From a virus: a stretch of 38,192 bases of DNA. The translations under genes were made by a program, and so were the position numbers. Shown piece by piece: positions 21,655-31,793 of the stretch. How positions within the stretch are numbered: position 1 is the stretch's first letter; each line of letters starts with the position of its first letter. The notes below the pieces were generated by a model, which saw only the letters and a list, made by a program, of their open reading frames with translations, did no database searches and was not told where the DNA came from. The DNA lies in the IMG/VR virus record IMGVR_UViG_3300045988_043685; one strand, given 5' to 3'.

Positions 21655-22817
21655 TGAACAAAAGCTATGAAAGTTATCTGGCTACGGGAATCGAGAAGAA
21701 GTATCGGAACCTCGAAACTCGAATTATGGAAGATGTGATACGCCGGATTAAGAAGACCGGAACGATCACGTCAACCGCCGATTATCAACTCCTTAGATAC
21801 TACATACTGGGAAACAGTACAAAGGATATCGAGGATATCATTAAAAAAGCAGTAGGAGATTCCTTCCCGGAAACGTTCGAGCTGTACGACGAAGTGATCG
21901 AGAAATATTATACGAGAGCGAAGCAGCTATATGAACAGGTGAATGAGAATTTTGTCCCTTATGAAGCGAATCAGGAATTACAGCAACTTACCAACGCTCT
22001 TGTTCAGCAATCCAACGATGAACTGTATAATATCACTCGATCCCTGGGGTTTAAGGTTGATATGGGCGGCGGCCGGCTGGTTTTTTCGCCGCTGGCAGAC
22101 TATTACAATGAGTATCTTGATAATGCCATTGTTGAGATCACTTCCGGGGCATTCGATTATAACACCGTGATCCGACGTGTGGTAACACAAATGACGAATT
22201 CGGGCTTGCGTACCGTCGATTATGCGAGTGGATATACAAGCCGTTGTGATGTAGCTGCCAGAAGGGCAGTTATGACGGGGATTTCACAGCTTACCGGGAA
22301 GATTTCGGAAATGAACGCCAAGAAGCTGCATACAGACTATTTCGAGATTGACTGGCACGAGGGAGCCAGACCGACACACAGAGTGTGGCAAGGCAAAGTT
22401 TGGAGCCGTGAAGAATTGCGGACCGTATGCGGCCTTGGAACTGTAACCGGGCTTAACGGCGCGAATTGCTACCATAGCTATTATCCGTTTATTCCTGGTA
22501 TTTCTGAGCGGCAATTCAGCGATAAGTGGCTTTCCGAACAGAATGCGAAGGAAGATAAGCCTAAGCGTTTTAAAGGCCGGGAATACACAAAATACGAGGC
22601 CACACAGCGCCAGCGATACCTTGAAACGAATATGAGAGCGCAGCGTGAGAAGGTAAGGTTATTACAGAAGGCCGGAGCAGATGAAGACATGGTTATGCTT
22701 GCGAGATGCAAGTATCAGGCGCAGCTTGATGAGTACAAGGCATTTTGCAGGAAAATGGAACTCGTAGAGCAGCGTGAGAGAATCTACTACGATATGAGAG
22801 GGCGTGTAGCGCCGTAG
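21654..22817 (+). CDS. Minor head protein (Mu F / SPP1 gp7-like)
   Basis: It has ..RCDVAARRAVMTGISQ.. and ..WHEGARPTHRVWQGKV.. motifs of the Phage_Mu_F domain. Directly after the portal gene. Confidence 0.8.
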   Translation: MNKSYESYLATGIEKKYRNLETRIMEDVIRRIKKTGTITSTADYQLLRYYILGNSTKDIEDIIKKAVGDSFPETFELYDEVIEKYYTRAKQLYEQVNENFVPYEANQELQQLTNALVQQSNDELYNITRSLGFKVDMGGGRLVFSPLADYYNEYLDNAIVEITSGAFDYNTVIRRVVTQMTNSGLRTVDYASGYTSRCDVAARRAVMTGISQLTGKISEMNAKKLHTDYFEIDWHEGARPTHRVWQGKVWSREELRTVCGLGTVTGLNGANCYHSYYPFIPGISERQFSDKWLSEQNAKEDKPKRFKGREYTKYEATQRQRYLETNMRAQREKVRLLQKAGADEDMVMLARCKYQAQLDEYKAFCRKMELVEQRERIYYDMRGRVAP

Positions 22818-22833
22818 TGAAAGGAGGGGGATT

Positions 22834-23118
22834 ATGATACAGGTAATGGTAAGAGAGAATGAGATATCTGTAAAAGGACATGCCGGATTTGCGCCGCCTG
22901 GGCGTGATCTGGTATGTGCTGCGGTATCTGCGCTTACCCTGACGCTTGCCGAAAGCCTGAATGCTTTGGCTGAAGGAGATTTTAAAACCGTCATGGATAC
23001 AGGAAACATATCCGTCAGATGGCAGCGGATCAATGATAAGGGGAAGACGATTATTGACGCCTGGTTTCTTGGGATATGCTTAATTAATCAGGAATATGGT
23101 TGCATCACATACGTTTAA
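22834..23118 (+). CDS. prp: Prp-family cysteine protease (ribosomal-processing protease homologue)
   Basis: VKGHAGFAPPGRDLVCAAVSALT matches the GHA...G.D.VCAAVS signature of Prp/DUF464. Confidence 0.8.
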   Translation: MIQVMVRENEISVKGHAGFAPPGRDLVCAAVSALTLTLAESLNALAEGDFKTVMDTGNISVRWQRINDKGKTIIDAWFLGICLINQEYGCITYV

Positions 23119-23189
23119 AAATCATGCCCGAAACGTGAAGGCTTAAAAAGCATCGGAATAGTTAACGTACTTAAAACGGAGGTATTAAG

Positions 23190-23783
23190 ATGAAAAAGAG
23201 AATCAATTTACAGCTTTTCGCAGACGGCGGCGAAGGCGGCACAGCAGCGGGCGCAGCAACAAACGCGACAGCCGGAAATAGTAACGGCGGCCAGAACGCC
23301 GGTGGTTCAGCAACTTACACATTCGAGCAGGCGGAGGAGATCGCCACAGCGCGAGCACAGAGAGCAGAGGCAGCGGCCTTGAAATCTTACTTTGAGCAGC
23401 ACGGACTTAGCGAGGACGAAGTAAAACGGGCCATGGAAGATTACAAGACGAATAAGGAAAAGAATAAGCCTAACATTTCTGCGGTTGAACTCGAACGGGA
23501 TAAATATAAAACAGAACTCGAACAGCTTAAGAATAGCGGGATTCTGCGGGACAAGGGCGTAAAACCAGAGGATCTCGATTATGTGCTGTTTAAGGTAAAT
23601 CAGAAGGTTACAGATAAGCTTCCATTTGACAAGGCGGCAGCGGAATTCCTTAAAGAAAATCCGAGGTTTACAGGCCAGACGTCATACAAGGTGACAACCT
23701 CGACACACACAGGCGGCGCCGGAGCTTCTGAGGACACGAACGACTATATTAACAATGCCATTAGAATGGCAGCCAGACGATAA
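23190..23783 (+). CDS. Scaffolding protein
   Basis: Ala/Glu/Lys-rich helical protein before the capsid gene. The N-terminal INLQLFAD is a Prp-type cleavage motif. Confidence 0.75.
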   Translation: MKKRINLQLFADGGEGGTAAGAATNATAGNSNGGQNAGGSATYTFEQAEEIATARAQRAEAAALKSYFEQHGLSEDEVKRAMEDYKTNKEKNKPNISAVELERDKYKTELEQLKNSGILRDKGVKPEDLDYVLFKVNQKVTDKLPFDKAAAEFLKENPRFTGQTSYKVTTSTHTGGAGASEDTNDYINNAIRMAARR

Positions 23784-23794
23784 GGAGGTCAAAT

Positions 23795-24769
23795 ATGAGA
23801 CATAAGTTCGATTTACAGATTTTTTCAAATGATGCATTGATTATCGACAGAAACGGATCAGATTCTCTGATTCCAGAAGAGAAGGCCAGGGAAATTATTC
23901 AGGGTGTAGTTACTCAGTCTACAGTACTTGCAAGGAGCCGTAAGCTTCCCAACATGTCCACAAAAACCTATAAGATGCCGGTGCTTGACATGCTTCCGAT
24001 TGCCTACTTTGTGGACGGTGATACCGGATCCAAAAAGACCACGAAACAGCAGTGGGATAAGAAGGTCATTACAGCGGAAGAAATCGCCGTTATCGTCCCG
24101 ATTCCGGAAGCTGTGCTCGATGATTCGGATTATGACATTTGGGGAGAGGTGAAACCGCGGATCGTTGAAGCGTTCGGTAAGTTGATCGATGAAGCAATCC
24201 TTTTCAATGTTAACAAGCCCACCTCTTGGAGAGATGGCCTTGTTGCTACAGCAACAAAAGCGAATGCAGTTGTAACGCTTGCCGAAGGTGATTCCCTGTA
24301 TGATAAGATTATGGCCGAGAACGGCGTAATTGCGAAGGTAGAGGATTCCGGATACTTTGTAAGCGGCCATATGGCTGATATTTCCATGAGGGCGAAGCTG
24401 AGAGGTTTGCGGGATTCGACGGGAAATCCAATTTTTAAGTCTGATATGCAGAGCGGTACTACATATTCTCTGGACGGCAGCCCGATGAACTTCCCGAACA
24501 ACGGAGCGTTCGATAAGTCCAAAGCGTTGATGATCTCGGGAGACTTCAATCAGATGGTATATGCAATCCGTCAGGATATTACCTTTAAGCTGTTTACTGA
24601 GGGTATTGTACAGAACACGGATGGCTCGATTGCTTATAACCTGATGCAGAATGACATGGTGGCTCTTAGGGCGGTCATGAGGCTGGGATGGGAAATTCCC
24701 AACCCAATCAACTCGGTCCAGACTGATAAAAACAAGAGATGCCCGTTTGCTATCCTGAAGAACGCATAG
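23795..24769 (+). CDS. Major capsid protein (HK97-fold class inferred from position and size)
   Basis: 324 aa after the scaffold gene. The N-terminal FDLQIFSN is a Prp-type motif. Confidence 0.8.
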   Translation: MRHKFDLQIFSNDALIIDRNGSDSLIPEEKAREIIQGVVTQSTVLARSRKLPNMSTKTYKMPVLDMLPIAYFVDGDTGSKKTTKQQWDKKVITAEEIAVIVPIPEAVLDDSDYDIWGEVKPRIVEAFGKLIDEAILFNVNKPTSWRDGLVATATKANAVVTLAEGDSLYDKIMAENGVIAKVEDSGYFVSGHMADISMRAKLRGLRDSTGNPIFKSDMQSGTTYSLDGSPMNFPNNGAFDKSKALMISGDFNQMVYAIRQDITFKLFTEGIVQNTDGSIAYNLMQNDMVALRAVMRLGWEIPNPINSVQTDKNKRCPFAILKNA

Positions 24770-24780
24770 GAGGATTGTGT

Positions 24781-25059
24781 ATGCAGATTACAGATGCATT
24801 AAAAAATCTCTATAAGAAGGTTACAGGGAAATCATCTGCCCCTACTGACGGGCAGATTGCTGAATTAGTACAGAAATTGGCGGATAACTGGCCTAGTGGG
24901 GAAGGATATACGTTGCCTGCGGCGAAAACAGATGCTATCGGTGGAGTCAAGAAGGCACCTGCTGTGACATTTAACGTTTCAGGAGCAACAGCAGAAACAT
25001 GCGCATCTGCAATAAAGTCAATCATTGATGGGCTGAAAGCAAGCGGCGCCATGGAATAG
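24781..25059 (+). CDS. Head fibre / decoration-like protein
   Basis: ATG 24781 behind AGGAGG. It has the GYTLPAAKTDAIGGVKKA motif common in head-fibre and fibre proteins. Confidence 0.55.
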   Translation: MQITDALKNLYKKVTGKSSAPTDGQIAELVQKLADNWPSGEGYTLPAAKTDAIGGVKKAPAVTFNVSGATAETCASAIKSIIDGLKASGAME

Positions 25060-25070
25060 GGGGATTCAGG

Positions 25071-25496
25071 ATGTATGTGGATTATGAATATTATCGGGCC
25101 GAGTATGGTGGAAAAATGCCGGAAGAAGCATTCCCGGCAGCTAAACGCAAGGCAGAAGCGTACATCCGATACCTTACCCATTTGAATGGTGACATATTTT
25201 CCATACCGAATGACATGGTAAAGGATGCGGTCTGTGCAGCGGCAGATGTGTATTATGTGGCCGAACAGGAGCAGGAGCAGAGAAAGGCGGACGGAAAGGC
25301 TGGCCCTGTTCGGTCTGAGAACAATGACGGCTATTCTGTGTCTTATGTAGTGGAACAGACAGACGGCCAGACGGCGGAAGAAGCGGTTAGACGGAAGGCT
25401 TATGATGCTGTGTATATGTATCTGCTGCCTACTGGCTGGCTGAATCGAAAGGTGAGGTGTCACAATGACCACAAATGCGGATATTACGGTCTATAA
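25071..25496 (+). CDS. Head-tail connector (gp6-like adaptor)
   Basis: Call rests on position, size and the N-terminus MYVDYEYYRAEYGG..AF..A.RKAEAYI. Confidence 0.55.
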   Translation: MYVDYEYYRAEYGGKMPEEAFPAAKRKAEAYIRYLTHLNGDIFSIPNDMVKDAVCAAADVYYVAEQEQEQRKADGKAGPVRSENNDGYSVSYVVEQTDGQTAEEAVRRKAYDAVYMYLLPTGWLNRKVRCHNDHKCGYYGL

Positions 25497-25863
25497 CTCT
25501 TTCCTGAATCCTGATACACGGTTGAAAGAATGGCGCAGGACAGTGATAAAAAAGGCGTGGTTCTATGTTGATAATAAAGTCAGCGTAACAGACGGCGGCC
25601 TTGCTTCTGCGGATTCCTTTAAAGTTAGGATACCAGTAGATGCGGAGTTTTCCGGATCACATTATGTTGCGCCGGAAGAGTACACAGGCAAGGAAAATAC
25701 ATGGACCTTAAAGAACGATGACTATATAGCGCGTGGAGCCATAGCGAAGGAAATAGAAAAGCCTTCTGATTTGCAGAAGGAACTGTATCAGGTGTTTAAA
25801 ATCACATCATGGTCTGATAATCGTTTTGGCAGCTTGCAGCACTGGAGAGTGGGTGGTATTTAA
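25465..25863 (+). CDS. Head closure / head-tail joining protein
   Basis: Call rests on position in the connector block. SD GGTGAGG. Overlaps its neighbours. Confidence 0.5.
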   Translation: MTTNADITVYNSFLNPDTRLKEWRRTVIKKAWFYVDNKVSVTDGGLASADSFKVRIPVDAEFSGSHYVAPEEYTGKENTWTLKNDDYIARGAIAKEIEKPSDLQKELYQVFKITSWSDNRFGSLQHWRVGGI

Positions 25864-26264
25864 TGGCACAGAAAAGGGTTTTTCAGATATCCACGCCACG
25901 CGGAGAGTTGTATCAGAAGAAGAGCAGCAACGGCAGTGTAACCGCGCACTTGGAATGGGCGCCGGGATTCGGTCAGCAGAAATCAAAAGGATTTGCAAAG
26001 GCACAGGAGTTTGTCGATTCTGAGTGCCTGCGGTACATGGACCCGATGACGCCACGAAGAACCGGGTACATGATTAAGTCCGCGCAGCTTGGAACCGTAA
26101 TTGGCAGTGCAGAAATAGAGTACTTGGCCCCGTATGCGCGGCGGCAGTATTATGAGAACCACGGAGACAACGGAAACCGCGGTAAACTATGGTTTGAGCG
26201 TATGAAGACCGCGAAAGGCGAGACGATTCGGAAGGGGGCGGAAAAGATCATTGCGAACAATTAA
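25863..26264 (+). CDS. Tail completion protein (HK97 gp10-like)
   Basis: ..VDSECLRYMDPMTPRRTGYMIKS..YARRQYYEN.. resembles gp10-family minor capsid/tail-completion proteins. Confidence 0.55.
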   Translation: MAQKRVFQISTPRGELYQKKSSNGSVTAHLEWAPGFGQQKSKGFAKAQEFVDSECLRYMDPMTPRRTGYMIKSAQLGTVIGSAEIEYLAPYARRQYYENHGDNGNRGKLWFERMKTAKGETIRKGAEKIIANN

Positions 26265-26673
26265 CAATGAGTCTATTATAGGCGCACTCAGGAAATATTT
26301 CATGCAGTGTCCATTCTTGCACGACGGGGAATTTAATATTGATTATCTCCCCAACAGTCGAGCGTACAGCCTGGACCCAATACCGGCTGATCCGGTATAC
26401 AAAGAATACGTGGACGGAGGGAAGGTATATCAATTCCAATACTCTTTCACGTCAAAAGAAGCTTACGACGGAGACGCCCGTACCATGATAGACAATTCAT
26501 ATTTTTATCAGAATTTGTCTAATTGGGTAGAAGATCAAAACGATAATGATATTCTTCCGGAACTGGAAGGATATTCAGCTATTTCGAATGTCATGATATC
26601 GAGCTATTATCTTTTCGACTCGGACGGGGACCTTGCAAGATATCAGATACAATTAAGATTACTCTATGAATAG
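26251..26673 (+). CDS. Tail terminator-like protein (start uncertain)
   Basis: TTG start at 26251, or an internal ATG at 26302. Lies before the major tail gene. Confidence 0.5.
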   Translation: MRTINNESIIGALRKYFMQCPFLHDGEFNIDYLPNSRAYSLDPIPADPVYKEYVDGGKVYQFQYSFTSKEAYDGDARTMIDNSYFYQNLSNWVEDQNDNDILPELEGYSAISNVMISSYYLFDSDGDLARYQIQLRLLYE

Positions 26674-26684
26674 GAGGAAACAAC

Positions 26685-27473
26685 ATGGCAACAGTTGACA
26701 AAATTAATGAAGCAAAGTTGGTAAAGCGGTCTAAGAGAGTCGCTTTCATGAACGTCGGAACCGGGGAAGAACCTAAGTTTGTGCGCATGCAGGGCTTTTC
26801 ATCTATGTCTGAATCCAAAAGCCCGAAACAGTACACAAGAACGTACGTAGATGAGGATTCCGAGCGGTCTGATGTGGTTGGATATGCAACACAGATCGGT
26901 TATAGTTTTGACCGTCACAGCCCGCTTTCAACGCATGAAAAGATTGCAGAGATTACCGATGGTGAATATACCGGATCAGATGCTTATGTCGAGATCGTAA
27001 CGGTAGATCTTTTTGCCGAGGGGGAAACGAAGGTCGCACGAAAGCGTACCTATGCGGTTATTCCGGATACTACCGGTGATGGAAATGACGCATTAATCTA
27101 TTCTGGTAATTTTCGGGCGATCGGAGAAATGATACTGGGAACTGCAACTTCTTCCGATAAGTGGCAGACAGTAACATTTGTAGAAGGTCAGGCTCATGAA
27201 TTGGGGGAATTAACTGTGCACAGCGTAGCGGGTTCTGGTTCTGGGACTACTAAATTAACGGTTACCCCAGCAAAGCAGCCAGATAATACATACCGATATA
27301 AGACAGGAACAAATGTTTCCCTTCCTGCTTATGATACGGATTGCAGCGAAATGCAGACTTGGGATGGATCAGCAGATATTACGGCTGCAAATGGGCAAAA
27401 AATCCTTGTTGTAGAATGCACAGGGAATAAGGCCAGAAAAGCCGGTATTGCAACCGTCACATCTAAACAATAA
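26685..27473 (+). CDS. Major tail protein with a C-terminal Ig-like extension
   Basis: SD AGGAGG. 262 aa upstream of the chaperone/TMP genes. The C-terminal ..LTVHSVAGSGSGTTKLTVTPA.. is Big_2-like. Confidence 0.75.
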   Translation: MATVDKINEAKLVKRSKRVAFMNVGTGEEPKFVRMQGFSSMSESKSPKQYTRTYVDEDSERSDVVGYATQIGYSFDRHSPLSTHEKIAEITDGEYTGSDAYVEIVTVDLFAEGETKVARKRTYAVIPDTTGDGNDALIYSGNFRAIGEMILGTATSSDKWQTVTFVEGQAHELGELTVHSVAGSGSGTTKLTVTPAKQPDNTYRYKTGTNVSLPAYDTDCSEMQTWDGSADITAANGQKILVVECTGNKARKAGIATVTSKQ

Positions 27474-27490
27474 CAAAGAGGAGTGAGCCT

Positions 27491-27883
27491 ATGAGCCAGA
27501 AGTGGAGTTATAACAATCTTGAGTTTGAGGTGGATTTACAGGATGCGGATTTTGCAGAACGTTACGAAAATGCGTTTAAGCAGATGGAAGAGGAAGAAAA
27601 ACGAGTGCAGAAGGCGGGCACAACAAGCGAGGTAATACGCGGATACTGTGGGCTGTTTTTTAACCTGTTTGATTGTATTTATGGAAAAGGGACATCTGGA
27701 AAGATGTTTGAGGGAAAAGTAAATGCTGGTATGTGTGACGCAGCCTATTCGGCTTTTATTGATGCCGCACGGCGCAGTAATCAGGAGGCCATGCAGCGCA
27801 GAGGCCAGATGCTTAATAAGTATGCACCGCATCAGAACAGGCAGCAGAGACGGCATAACCGGAATGGTGGCGGTAATAAGTGA
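27491..27883 (+). CDS. Tail assembly chaperone (gpG position)
   Basis: Call rests on position between the major tail protein and TMP, and on the acidic N-terminus. Confidence 0.6.
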   Translation: MSQKWSYNNLEFEVDLQDADFAERYENAFKQMEEEEKRVQKAGTTSEVIRGYCGLFFNLFDCIYGKGTSGKMFEGKVNAGMCDAAYSAFIDAARRSNQEAMQRRGQMLNKYAPHQNRQQRRHNRNGGGNK

Positions 27884-28467
27884 ACCTCATCTATGACAGA
27901 TATCCCAATTCGGTGATGCTAAACGGTAAGCATCGTGAGATTGTAACGGATTTTAAGGACTGGCTAAGGTTTGTTGACCTTTTGAAAGATGATGAGTATG
28001 GGCCGGAAGAAAAATTCGAGTCCATACTCTTGTTCTATTGTGATCCTCTTCCCTTTGTGGATCAGGCAAATGCCTGTAAACCGCTGATAGACTTCTTTAA
28101 GATGACTGAAGCAGAAGATGAGAGTTATCAGGCTGATTATGAGGAAGAGGAAGAGGAAGAGGAAGAAACGGCGAATATAAAACCGTTGTATGATTTTCGA
28201 TATGACGCGCGCTGCATTATCGCGGGTTTCTGGCACGATTACCGGATTGATTTAACGAAAGCACACATGCACTGGTGGAAGTTCCGGATACTATTAGACG
28301 GCCTCTCATCCGACACGGAGTTTAAGCAGCGTGTCATGTACCGGAATACCGATGCATCACGGATTAAGGATGTGGAAGAACGGAACCGGATATTGAGGAT
28401 ACAGAGAAAAATTGCGCTTCCGCAGCCGGTCCCATCTGATGATGAGATTGGAGGTATGTTCTGGTAA
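27880..28467 (+). CDS. Phage Gp15-family protein (second chaperone position)
   Basis: GTG overlaps the upstream TGA. ..DFRYDARCIIAGFWHDYRIDL..MHWWKFRILLDGL.. resembles the Phage_Gp15 family. It has a poly-Glu run. Confidence 0.6.
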   Translation: MNLIYDRYPNSVMLNGKHREIVTDFKDWLRFVDLLKDDEYGPEEKFESILLFYCDPLPFVDQANACKPLIDFFKMTEAEDESYQADYEEEEEEEEETANIKPLYDFRYDARCIIAGFWHDYRIDLTKAHMHWWKFRILLDGLSSDTEFKQRVMYRNTDASRIKDVEERNRILRIQRKIALPQPVPSDDEIGGMFW

Positions 28468-28619
28468 TGAAAAAGATCATTAAGCCGCCTATCATGCGGA
28501 AATGGTATACTTGCCCTTATTGTGGCAAGAATGCGGTCCTGTACGATAATACAGCACGATGCACGGGACTGTACATGAAATGCAAAGAGTGCAAAAAAGA
28601 ATTCGAGATCAAGATATAG
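28467..28619 (+). CDS. Cys-rich KTR-like zinc-ribbon protein (50 aa)
   Basis: TAATG coupling. It has WYTCPYCGKNAVL...MKCKECKKEFEIKI. Confidence 0.55.
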   Translation: MKKIIKPPIMRKWYTCPYCGKNAVLYDNTARCTGLYMKCKECKKEFEIKI

Positions 28620-28661
28620 CATATGTGAGCCTGTGAGCCGTGCTACTGCGAAAGGAGTAGT

Positions 28662-31600
28662 ATGGCTCATTTGAATTTACAATTATTTGCTTCTGATGGT
28701 CATTTGAATTTTAACACCAGAATAGATGAAAAAGGATTTTCAAGCGGAATCAAAAAGCTTGGGGGCATTGCAAAAGGCGGCCTTGCGGTTCTTGGTGCCT
28801 CGATTGGAGGTATCACCGCCGCTTTCGGAGGTATGTCTAAGGCTGCTTTAAGTTCCGTAGCTAGTTTGGAACAGAATGTGGGCGGCGTGGAAACGCTGTT
28901 TAAAGAAAATGCTAAGACAGTCATAGAAAACGCTAATAATGCTTATAAGACTGCCGGCTTATCTGCTAATGAGTATATGCAGAGTGTTACCAGTTTCTCC
29001 GCCTCCTTATTACAGAGTGTGGCCGGGGACACAGCAGAAGCGGCAAAGATTGCAGATATGGCAATGGTAGATATGTCTGATAACGCCAACAAGATGGGAA
29101 CGGACATGTCCTCTATCCAGAATGCATATCAGGGATTCGCGAAGCAGAATTACACGATGCTGGATAATCTGAAGCTGGGGTATGGCGGAACAAAGGAGGA
29201 AATGAACCGCCTACTTAAAGATGCCAGCAAAATATCGGGCATAAAATATGATATTAGTAACCTGAACGATGTGTATTCAGCTATCCATGTAATTCAGGGA
29301 GAACTTGATATAACCGGAACCACCGCAAAGGAAGCATCTACTACCATAGAAGGATCAATGAATGCTGCAAAAGCAGCCTTTGACAATTTCTTGAATGGTT
29401 CAGGAAGCGCCCAGGAATTGGCGGATGCAATTGCCACTTTCGCACGCAATGTAGGAAAGAATTTAGGCGAAATTGTTCCGAGACTGGCCGAAACATTACC
29501 TCTGGTAGTAGCGGAATTATGGCAGGAATTTGAGGGCAGTGCGGATCAGTTCATGCAGATGGGGTCAAGCCTATTAACCGATATCGCAACCGGGATTATA
29601 GAACAGCTTCCGGCCTTCATTGAACTTGCGGTCTCGTTCATCGACTTGCTGATACAAGGCTTGGACGATAATATGTCCCAGCTTATGGAGGCAGGGGCAA
29701 AGCTGCTTATGGCGATTTTGCGGGGAATCATTTCGTTGATTCCATCAGTGGCCTCCCTTGGTTGGTCGATCATAACCGGAATAATCGATGGGTTAAAGTC
29801 AAATTCTGGACAGCTACAGGCGCAGGGGAAGACACTCCTTGACAATGTGCTTTCCGGAATTTCCACTGGATTCCCAAACGTTGTAAGCAAGGGACTGGAG
29901 GCGTGCGGGAAATTTGTAGAGGGGTTATTAAAAAATATCCCTTCCGTTATATCGGCGGCCGGCAATATCTTAAACCGACTGGTTGATGCGATTATGACAG
30001 CACTTCCGAAGCTTCTTGAATCGGGTGTAAAACTGATTGGACAGCTTGCGCGAGGGCTTGTTGATAATTTACCCGCGATTATCACCTCTATCGCTTCTAT
30101 ACTTGCTCAACTACTTGCCACAATAGCCTCCCACCTGCCGGAATTATTACAGAAAGGTATAGAGTTAATCGGTGAACTGGCGGTAGGACTTATACGGGGA
30201 ATACCGGAAGTACTGAGTAAAATACCGGAAATATTTGATTCGATCAAAAAAGCATTTTCCGAGTTTGACTGGAAAAAGATCGGAAAAGATATTGTGGACG
30301 GCATTGCAAACGGTCTGAAAAACGCGGTGGGAGCCGTTGTTGATGCAGCAAAAGAAGTAGGCGAGTCAGCACTTAACGGACTTAAAAATCTGCTTGGAAT
30401 CCATTCCCCATCCAGAGTATTTCGTGACGAGGTTGGGCGTAATATTGCACTAGGTATCGCAGATGGAATTGTAAGGAATAAGAAGTATGCGAAGAGCAGC
30501 GCGGCCGAGATCGGGCAGGCCATTCTTGAGGCGGCTAAAAAGAAGCTGGATAACTACAAGGTATACAATGGTCTTACACTTGCGGAAGAAGCGGCATACT
30601 GGGATGAGGCCAGAAAACAGGTAAAAGATGGGACACAAGCAAGGATTGACGCGGATAAGGAATATTTCGCGGCGAAGAAAGAGCTTGAAAACCAGATGCT
30701 TCAGGCGGAAGAGAAGTACACCGATAATGTCGCAAAAGCATACGAGGACTTAAACGATAAGATTCTCGATCTGAACAAACAGTATGAAGATGCGGTGAGC
30801 CAGAGAGCGGACGAAATAAAATCGGCGTTTGGACTCTTTGACGAATTTTCCGCAGATACAGAATTATCATCCGATGATCTCCTGAACAATCTCCGGTCAC
30901 AGGTTGACGGGCTAGAGCAGTGGAGAAACAACTTAGACGATTTAAGCGGCCGCGGAATTGGGAAGGAACTTCTGGCAGAATTGCAGAACCTTGGCCCGCA
31001 GGCGGCGGCAGAAATCCAGTTGCTTACTGAAATGAGTGACGATGAGTTAGATGAGTATGTTGATCTTTTCAGATCGAAAAATCGCCTTGCCAGAAGACAG
31101 GCCGTAGAAGAGTTGGAACCGATGCGGAGGGATATTGCAGACCAGATTACAAAGATGCAACAGGAAACCTCTGCGGAACTTGCGAAATACCAACAGGAAT
31201 ATACCACTTCCATGCTGGAACTGGGGGTATCACTGAATCAGCCACTTGAGGTAATGAAACTCACAGCAGTACAAAATGCGGTTGAACTGGTTTCCGCAAT
31301 GGCTGGATCAGTTAAAGAAGCGTCCGGAACAACCGAGAATATGGATAAATTCAAAGCGATTGCGCAGAATGTGTTAGGTGCCGTTCAGACGCTTCCCACA
31401 GACATGAAGGAATTGGGAAAAACTGCGATCGCTGAAATGATTGAGGGTATTAATTCCATGGCTGGGAATCTATACACTGCCATGTCAGAAGTTGTAGGAA
31501 ACGCTATGAGAAGCGCCATCGATGCGGTAACGGCAGGAAATTCAGTTGATGCAGCTCTAGCCAGTACGGGATATGTAACTAGCACAGCGGCAATACCTGC

Positions 31601-31793
31601 GGCCAGCTACGGAAACGAGGGGTACGGCCCTGGCTATGCGATTGACTACAAGCGTATGGGCCGCGAGATGGGCCAGGCCATGGAGAAAACCGGTGTGTAT
31701 ATGGATAACAAAAAGGTCGGAAATATCGTTTCCGAACCTGTAAATGAAAGTCTTGGTAATGCGGCGAAGACTGGGGAGAGAGGTGCTATGTAA
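28662..31793 (+). CDS. Tape measure protein
   Basis: 1043 aa, helical and Ala/Leu/Gly-rich, with internal hydrophobic repeats. Position is canonical. The N-terminal LNLQLFAS is a Prp-type motif. Confidence 0.9.
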   Translation: MAHLNLQLFASDGHLNFNTRIDEKGFSSGIKKLGGIAKGGLAVLGASIGGITAAFGGMSKAALSSVASLEQNVGGVETLFKENAKTVIENANNAYKTAGLSANEYMQSVTSFSASLLQSVAGDTAEAAKIADMAMVDMSDNANKMGTDMSSIQNAYQGFAKQNYTMLDNLKLGYGGTKEEMNRLLKDASKISGIKYDISNLNDVYSAIHVIQGELDITGTTAKEASTTIEGSMNAAKAAFDNFLNGSGSAQELADAIATFARNVGKNLGEIVPRLAETLPLVVAELWQEFEGSADQFMQMGSSLLTDIATGIIEQLPAFIELAVSFIDLLIQGLDDNMSQLMEAGAKLLMAILRGIISLIPSVASLGWSIITGIIDGLKSNSGQLQAQGKTLLDNVLSGISTGFPNVVSKGLEACGKFVEGLLKNIPSVISAAGNILNRLVDAIMTALPKLLESGVKLIGQLARGLVDNLPAIITSIASILAQLLATIASHLPELLQKGIELIGELAVGLIRGIPEVLSKIPEIFDSIKKAFSEFDWKKIGKDIVDGIANGLKNAVGAVVDAAKEVGESALNGLKNLLGIHSPSRVFRDEVGRNIALGIADGIVRNKKYAKSSAAEIGQAILEAAKKKLDNYKVYNGLTLAEEAAYWDEARKQVKDGTQARIDADKEYFAAKKELENQMLQAEEKYTDNVAKAYEDLNDKILDLNKQYEDAVSQRADEIKSAFGLFDEFSADTELSSDDLLNNLRSQVDGLEQWRNNLDDLSGRGIGKELLAELQNLGPQAAAEIQLLTEMSDDELDEYVDLFRSKNRLARRQAVEELEPMRRDIADQITKMQQETSAELAKYQQEYTTSMLELGVSLNQPLEVMKLTAVQNAVELVSAMAGSVKEASGTTENMDKFKAIAQNVLGAVQTLPTDMKELGKTAIAEMIEGINSMAGNLYTAMSEVVGNAMRSAIDAVTAGNSVDAALASTGYVTSTAAIPAASYGNEGYGPGYAIDYKRMGREMGQAMEKTGVYMDNKKVGNIVSEPVNESLGNAAKTGERGAM

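Noticed and set aside
24810-25472. 220-aa minus-strand ORF across the head fibre/connector genes. Similar antisense ORFs lie in the portal, major capsid protein, TMP and Tal genes (e.g. 29546..30085 and 30701..31213).
   Set aside because: All are antisense to well-supported structural genes in a unidirectional late operon, with no translation signals.
27860-27900. Programmed -1 frameshift joining the two tail chaperone ORFs (G/GT-type)
   Set aside because: The second ORF is in the -1 frame and overlaps the stop. However, I see no X XXY YYZ slippery heptamer before TGA 27881..27883, and a GTG start is available. The question is left open but not claimed.
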